Assembly (NCBI GenBank): GCA_964304625.1
Contig: OZ199838.1
Location: forward strand, 854,793 to 900,608
DNA length: 45,816 nt
Direction of reading: 5' to 3'
From: Kudoa neothunni
Lineage: Eukaryota > Animalia > Cnidaria
The translations under genes and the position numbers were made by a program. Positions 37,894 to 45,816 of the stretch are shown here, in pieces; the first letter of the stretch is position 1; each line of letters begins with the position of its first letter. A model generated the notes under the pieces. The model was given only the letters and a program-made list of their open reading frames with translations. It ran no database searches and had not been told where the DNA came from.

Positions 37894-39335
37894 CACATTT
37901 GCTACATTCCAACCGAAAATTTTCGTTATGTTTATCAACTAAACTAACAAACAATCTCATTTCAATACGACTTTCAATTTTCTTCCAATCCAATGCATTA
38001 CATTAATTATTCCCTTAAGATTCTCATTCTCATTTTCGTTTCAAAAATAACGATAATTTCAGATTAATTTCTCATTTATATTATGAAATTATCTACTTCA
38101 TATATGACATTTTGGAGGATTCTCCAAAATTTACTTAAAAATATAAAAAATATCGAGTATTTATTAACATGACTTAGAGTGGTAATTTTGGCAGTAGAAA
38201 ATAATTATAGGAAATGCGATTTTAATATTGTGTTCGATATTAATTTAAACCTCTCTAAAACTTTGTAAAAATTGCGGTTATTTTAATATTGAGGATTTGT
38301 CGTATAACGGGGGAAATGTGTATTTTGTAGTAATTAGGTATTGAAAATTTTGATGAAACCCCTAATAAATGTTATTATAAAAATTTTCAGGAAATAAGTA
38401 TTTACGTTGCATTTAGGAGATCGATTTAAAATACAAAGATAAGCATAAAAAGCAATTAATCTGGATTTTCAGAATAAATAAAAATTTTTGAACAATAATA
38501 TTTAAGGTAATTATTATTACGATTAAAAATATATCCTATGATGATTTAGATATTAATAATTCTAGTCCATTTATGAGTAATACTGATTGAAAGTTGGTTA
38601 GTTCTAAAATTTTAGTTTGTGGTTTCGTTCATATTCATTCGTTATGTTTTGTGCATGTGTTTATTTGTGTGAACAAACACGAACGAAAATCAAGAACTTG
38701 ACATTCTTGAAACACATAAAATATTGCTTTAAGATTAGAAAACCAGATACCTCTTAAATTTGTGATATATTCAACGTATTGTACATAGACCGGAGATTAA
38801 AAAAGCGGTAATTATGATGGCTGTGACTCAAAAAAATCTTTCATTTTCACAGGTTTTTTTCACCATTATATTTATCAACGAAAAAAAATATCAAGAGTGG
38901 AGCTACTGCTCATGAAACTAATTTCTAAATTTTTATCTAATTTTGATTCGGGCCGTATCTTCACTGCGTGTAATCCAACTTATGTAGCTCCGTGTATTGA
39001 AACCTGGCGTTTTTTGCGTGAACGAGCGTTAAGAATACCTTAATTCAATGTTTTGTAATTTTAAAAATTTTAATTGACTATAAAATAATATGAAGAAATT
39101 TATCCTAAACCCATGCGTAGGTTATCATATGAATACTGAAAAGGTAATAACCAAATTTTTGCAAGAGGGAATGTTATACAACACTTACAATTTGAAAAGT
39201 TATTTTGTTTTTTTCGCGGTTTTTTTAAAATGTGACTGAGAAACGTTGCCTACTAATTGTAATATTCGGATATTCGTATCAATTTCGTTCGATTTATTCT
39301 GACTACTTTCCTTCTACTATTTATATAGAATTTAA

Positions 39336-40512
39336 CCTTCATACACACGCTAAAAAAATCACGTTCCCCATGCTGTCATGCTGGTGGATATTTTGACCCC
39401 AGCGTTTCTGAAAAAATTCAGTTTTTTATATAAATGGCTTTGATATTCAATATAAAATTTCATTTATTGTGGCAGAAAACTTGCAGAATTTTTTCACAAA
39501 CGCTTAATAAAAAATGTATATTGCCAATTATAGTGGTGTACGTGACACAATGGATTCTGTATTCACTGAATACGACTCCTAATTTGAAGAGACTAATTTT
39601 GAATTTAGAAATTGTATAATTGAGAACCCCACATTGGATCACTATTATTTCAATAATGAAATTGATCTGTACAATGAAAAAATCTACGCAGTGACATTAA
39701 GGAAGGAGGTATATCGTCTGAGCAATCAACACACATTCGAAGACAAACTTTAGCAGAGAACATTTTCAAATATAAAATCTCCTTCAAAAATGATGCCTTA
39801 AAAAATTGAGATACTTCACTTTTTGCGTTCTTAAATTTTCTGGAAAATTAAATGTTAGATTTGATTGTTGATTATATAAATAAATAAATAAATAAGAAAG
39901 AAAGAAAGAAAGAATTACAATAGCAAAGTTCAATTAAAAACGATAGCTGAATGAAGTATATTGGTTGTTGTTCGCTTATAAGAATAATGAAGGTGAAAAA
40001 TATGGGTGTGCACAATTACTGACGTTTGCAAACTAGAGTTGAGCGAATTTATATGTACATATATAATTTTTAAAAATGACTGCTAAATAAGTTAGTCTTC
40101 GAATGCGAGCTAGATGTTGACAAATCTTATGGTACAATCGTGTAAATGGCCTTATTGCTAAAATCAATCTAATCATAATTTTTGATAATCTAGTTGTAAC
40201 AGGGAATTTAAAAGAAAAAACCCGTCACATATAAATTATGTATTACTTAAAAAAGTTGTTTGAAAATTTTTCTAGTTTCAAAAGAAGCAAATTTTCGGTG
40301 AGTTGCAATCTACGTCACACGTTTGAATATGAGAATAATTAATTAATATTTTTAAGTATATTTTAATAATAATAATAGTTTTTCTAATATATCAAACGAT
40401 CTGTTTTTAAAATAATAATGTTAATTGCTTAAATACATTTCAGAATTATTAATAAAATGGTGGGGTCATTTGAGCCCCACCCTGTGGAACTTGATTTTTC
40501 ATGTATCGAAGC
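39336..40512 (+). mobile_element. piggyBac deletion derivative
   Basis: TTAA 39332-35 and 40513-16; termini CCTTCATACA vs reverse complement GCTTCGATACA; subterminal palindrome GGTGGGGTCATTTGAGCCCCACC near 40459; contains a (TAAA)n(AAGA)n run near 39877-39913. Confidence 0.55.
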
Positions 40513-42255
40513 TTAAGATATCTATAAAGATAACATATTATAATAAGTTTAAATTTTTATGTTATAATAATTAAGTTTCAAAAATAAATTTAAGATAATA
40601 AAAATTTTTTTTTCTTTGAGGTGTTTACGCGAGTATATCGATTATATTTAATTTGATACGAGGGTCAAATTAAATATGCCGACCAAGATAATAAATTTTG
40701 GGAAACTTACGTATACACATACACATACACACACTAGCAATATTGTATATTATAGGTGAAAATTCACTTATTATACTTATAGTGCAATAAAACATTTTTA
40801 ATTCTTCACTTTTTAAAAATTTTATTACCATATGCTGAAAAATTATTTAAGACGATTTAATTTTTCAAATGTACGCATTAAGACAAATAATGTATGTATC
40901 ATAAATAAAATTTAATGGTTAGCACAATTTTTTTGATCAATGTAATGCCTTTACTCAATGAGAAAGAAATATATTAATTATTTTATTGCGCATAAGAGAA
41001 GCATTATTTTATATATTTATGCAGGTATTTCATTCGATTTAGCATATAAAAACATTTTAAGTTATCTAATAAGATAACCAAATTGAATTGTGTATGAAAT
41101 AATGGAATTCTCGATATTTTGAAAGCATAAGTTGGGTTACGCATGGTGACGATACAGGCGAATCAAGCTTTGGTCAAAGGTTAGGAATTAGTTTCATTAG
41201 CTGAATCTTTGTTATTCATATTTGTTTTCGTTGGTAAATATAATCGTGGGAAAAAAAATCAGAATAAAATGTGCCAATATTGACTTTCTGGTTTCTGGTG
41301 GCACAGATTTTTTTTATTTACCAAAAAAACGTCCGTTTTATTCGAATTAAGTTTAAATAGAAATGTAATAATTATTTTGACGGAGTTAACGCTTGATTTC
41401 CATAAAATTTCTCATGACAAAATAGTTCTAATAAAAATTTGAAATTCATGCAAAAAATAGTGATTTTGGTTAGCATATAACATAGTCATGTGAATTGACA
41501 AACTAAACTCAGTCCAAAATTTTTATTTTAACAATCTGAATTAATATTATATAATACTGCTATACTTATAAAATAATAAACTTTTACTATCAAGCCACAT
41601 GCTGATCAATTCATTATCATGTGATACAAGATTATAAACTACTCGATGTATCTAGATTAATTCTGGTTGATAGCGCTCATAAGTGCTAAGTCACTTAACT
41701 AAAAGATTAATACACAACATAGAAATTAGACAGAAGTTTTGGGAACAACTGAAATTATGTTGAACTCAAGCTAATTCGTAAACGTTTACCAATTTCATGA
41801 TTATGAACGTACAAAGATATGACATCATTCGTTAAACTCAAACTTCATGTACATTAAATGAAATTGATATGATTTTATTTAATATATTTAATTAATGAAA
41901 GAAACAAAACTGTTGAGAGAATGTCGATTACATCCAAACCTTGTTAGTCTTGGTGGGCTATGAATAATCCTTAACATAAGCAGCTTTAAACAAGTTAAAC
42001 TAAATCCTTTTGATAAATGTGTTACAACAACCGATATGATTATAAATGTAATAACTAAACCAAGCGAATTAATAATAGAAAAAAAATAATAAAACCTATC
42101 ACAAACCTAATAAACGTAGTTACAATCTTGGTACAATTTTTTTAGTTTCAAGAGGTGAATTATCGGTACAAACATTAAGCGCATTTTTCATATTCGTAAG
42201 ATTATAGTTGAACGTAGATTTACACGCGAGTGTAGGATTGCGCTGTTTACTCAGG

Positions 42256-45200
42256 ATGAAACCAAATCAGGTTAAAAGGTTCGGTCGTGGGACGCGACTT
42301 ACGAATGTATCGTTAATGTGTGTCTCATTGAATCGCGACCAAATAAATTTATTAGAATGGCGATTCACCACCCACATCAACCACAGAAATTAAATTCAGG
42401 GATCTTAACATTAGTGACAATTCTTCCCATGTGGATAGGTATAATACCAACTTTTTTAACTTTTACCTCTCTATACTTGGGTATTTAGTAGCTTTACGAC
42501 AAAAAATCAAACAAATATAAAGCTCAGTGATAAACCGTACTGTTTTCAAATTTCGTAGTGTATACTAATAATTTTACTGATTTTCAGCGTAAAATTACAA
42601 TGCAATTATGTCCCTATAACTTTTGAGGACAAAATTGTGTATATGTATGCTGTGACGTTTATGTGAGACTTAGTATATTTGTGCTTTGAAACTTTACTTT
42701 TCGCTGAAATTTAGGCCTGAAATCAGTAGCACTACCATGAAACATCGAATTATCAATCAACTGACTGAAATGTTGCCGGAGGTGAAAGTGTTTGATGGAA
42801 ATGTTCTCTACACAGTTGAGAAACTTGATGATAAAGTGATCGATCGATTGCTGATTTGTTGTTTGTGAGTGTTTATCTATTTAGCCATTTGTTTTAACTA
42901 CTGCGCTGCCCAATCAACCTTCTCAGCAGGTCAAATGTGCGTTTACTTTCTCCAAACAAATACAAGCTCATGAAAGCCATGCACTAATCAATATCATATT
43001 CAGAAAGTAGTTAGTTACTGCCGTAGATTTTAAAAATTCTCTATCTCACTATCTTAAGAGTGTTGAGAACGATGAATCTAAAACTTATTGGGAGAAATTA
43101 CTATAACATCGACCTCAGTGTTCCTTTGCCCAAACATAAATTGCATATCTGGCCTGGCTTTATCACCTCAATTAAAAACTATGAAGGTAATGTTTTTATA
43201 ATTCTAATAGCAAAATTTATTATGAAATCTTGTATTTTAGGAGGTACATTTTTAAATATCGATGTCACTCACAGATTTCTTCGAATGCAAACTATATACG
43301 AACAAATGTAATTGTCTATTTGTTTCTGGATAATGATTCATTTGTTTGTACTCTTGTGAGTAGGGCTTCGTTGTATATGGTTTCAGAGGCAAAAGGAAAC
43401 TTTAGCGAAGTTTGTATCAAAACTATTGTCGGTCAAACTGTTATCACTCGCTACAACAACAAATCGTATCGAATTGATGATATTGATTTTTCAAAGTCGC
43501 CCAAGGATACGTTTATGTGGAATGGAAAACTCACCACCTACCTCCAATACTATAAGTAAGATTATTAATGAGGATAGTTCAATTCGACCGCCAATCAATC
43601 AATCAATCGATCAATCAATCGAGTGTCATTTATATCTTTATTTGAAAGAGTGTCGATATTTTTTCTAATCTTATCATTGTACACTTCTTCTTTAGGGATA
43701 TGTATGGAAAAACCATTTTGGACACTGATCAGCCACTGTTGATTCACCGTTCCAAAGAAAAGGTTAAAGCTAAACGCTCGATTTTTCAAGCCCGATCCAC
43801 GTCTAATGTAATATAACTTTGGAATTATTCTGATTAATCCAATGCAAGATCTATTTCTTAATTATTCAATCCAACTAGAATGTCACTTCAGACGAAGAGG
43901 AACGCATTGTTTGTTTGATCCCTGAGTTGTGTTATATGACTGGACTGGATGACGAAACTAGATTGAACTATTCAGTGATGAGAGAACTCTCGAGTTACAT
44001 TCACAGCAACCCTTCCGAAAGGTTTAAGAGTGTTCACAAATTTCTTGAAACTCTCCATACCACTCCCGAATCGTTAGCCGAATTGAACAAATGGGGAATC
44101 ACCATTGCTATGAATTCACTCAACATCAATGGTCGCTATTTCCCAAATGAAAAGCTAATTTGTCAAGAAGGCAAAATGCAGTTTAGTGTCGATCCGACCA
44201 GTGGTTGGATTGGAAAATTGTCTAAAGCTCATCTTCTGAGTGCTGTAATGTATCCATTATAAAATTTGATATTTGCAACGAAATCAACGTTCTTTCTTTA
44301 CGCCTCTAGGTTAGAATCGATGACTGGGTGTGTGTTTTTACCTCCAGAGATAAATCTCACGTTACCAAGTTTCTGAATTGTGTTGTTGTTAGTGGGAATC
44401 AATTGGGAATGATGGTAGTTGGTTGGAATTTGTGAATATAACTCATGTCGCTGATTTTAGATTACCATGCCAAGATTGAAGGAAATACCCAACGATAGGA
44501 TCGAGACGTACATCTCGAGTATTAGAGGTGAAATAAATAGTCGAGTACGCTTATTTACTTCCAATTGGTACATTAGTTTGATCTATTTTTAGACATCACT
44601 TGTGATGATTGTTACACCCACACAACGTGAGGATAGATATGCAACAATAAAACGAATGTTGTGTTGTGACATGCCACATGCATCACAGGTATTTATAATG
44701 TAGTATTAATTAGACCATATAAAATAATGTTGTTTGTGTGATTTATGCCCGAATTATTTGCCGCTAGGTAATTCAAACCAAAACAATTTCAAATCCAAAA
44801 AAATTGAACTCCGTGGCTCAGCGTGTGGCCATGCAAATCAATTGCAAACTTGGCGGAGAACTTTGGGCTGTTCATATCCCACTTAAAAACGTAATGGCCA
44901 TCGGTATTGATGTGTATCATTCGGCTGGTGGAAGAAATCTCTCAACGGTTGCTTTTGTTTCCAGCTTGTCCTCCTCATTGACCAAATGGTTCACAAGCAC
45001 ATCCACTAACAACCCAGGTGAAATTGTTACCACCATCAAATCATTCTTCGCTAAGGCACTCGAAAAATACGTTGAAAATAACGGCAATCCTCCTACTCAC
45101 ATTGTGGTTTTCAGAGATGGTGTTGGTATGGGTCAGCATGAAGCTGTTCGAACTATTGAGGTCAAAGCTTTTATGGACTGTCTGGATGCCACATTCAATT

Positions 45201-45670
45201 CCACCGTCAAACCTTTGCTCGTGTTCTTGTTGATTGTTAAACGTAACAATACAAGAATATACGACGTGGATGAGTCGGCTGATCGAAAACTTTCCAACCC
45301 CAAACCCGGCACGGTGGTCGACAGCACGTTAACTTATAGATCCGCCGAATGTTGTCCTACGTTCTACTTGATCAGTCAACACTTCAACCAAGGAACTATT
45401 ACTCCTACGTGCTATCGAGTTCTCTTCAACAACAGCGGTTTAGCAATGAATCAAATTCAACTTTTCACCTACAAGTGCACTTACCTATACTACAACTGGC
45501 CAGGTACTGTGTCTGTTCCTGCTCCATGCCAGGTATGATTTTCGTTGTATTAATTTTGCAATGACCTATCCATTTCACTTTAGTACGCCCACAAAGCCGC
45601 TTATCTTACTGGTCAGTCACTCATGAAACAGGCTCACAATGTTCTTGCCGACAGATTATACTATCTTTAA
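42256..45670 (+). CDS. piwi: PIWI-clade Argonaute, about 16 coding exons
   Basis: MKPNQVKRFGRG start; N domain (LQCNY, VFDGNVLY); IWPGF; PAZ (VITRYNNKSYRIDDIDF, LIPELCYMTG); QINCKLGGELW, GIDVYH, VVFRDGVG, YYNWPGTVSVPAPCQYAHK and C-terminal LYYL-stop. Confidence 0.97.
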
Positions 45671-45816
45671 GTACGGTCTGTTGTTACCGACTGTTACAGT
45701 GTTATTTAACTGCTTTCACTTTTCCTGATGTTGTCATCTCTTGTTTGCTTCAATTTTTTCCTCTCATGTCCCTCTTTCGTTACTTAGCTAATATTAACTA
45801 TTTGTTTCTGGTTTGA

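Noticed and set aside
38940-39045. Short GC-richer open frame FDSGRIFTACNPTYVAPCIETWRFLRERALRIP
   Set aside because: No start, splice context or recognisable homology.
40705-40760. Minus-strand Helitron-like 5' end
   Set aside because: No matching 3' CTAG/hairpin identified.
45018-45564. Alternate-frame and antisense ORFs inside PIWI
   Set aside because: Shadows of the PIWI exon.
1-45816. CRISPR array, prokaryotic Argonaute operon or Fanzor/TnpB-type system
   Set aside because: Spliceosomal introns throughout; no repeat-spacer array or RuvC-like ORF seen.

Overview
Very AT-rich eukaryotic (animal) genomic DNA with mostly tiny GT-AG introns (about 25-65 nt). A compact parasite such as a myxozoan cnidarian would fit, but that is inference. 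There are three intact spliced genes: a GDA1/CD39 ecto-NTPDase (- strand, 29289-31057), MBF1/EDF1 (+, 37312-37893) and a PIWI-clade Argonaute (+, 42256-45670). Manual splicing reveals a fourth gene, largely missed by the ORF track, spanning about 1-21756 on the + strand. It has a long run of micro-exons, then a diverged NTPDase-like domain that shares intron positions with the intact NTPDase but has lost the ACR1/ACR4 phosphate-binding motifs, then a Thr-rich mucin-like stalk, a TM helix and a basic tail. Its middle exons are frameshifted and two of its introns (about 5 kb and 11.5 kb) are packed with DNA transposons. A possible second micro-exon gene runs head-to-head with MBF1. The rest is decayed DNA transposons (Merlin/ISXO2, several piggyBac including a nested pair, pogo/Tigger, hAT, Helitron, a long-TIR element); I recognised no retroelement. 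All splice models and alignments were made by eye.
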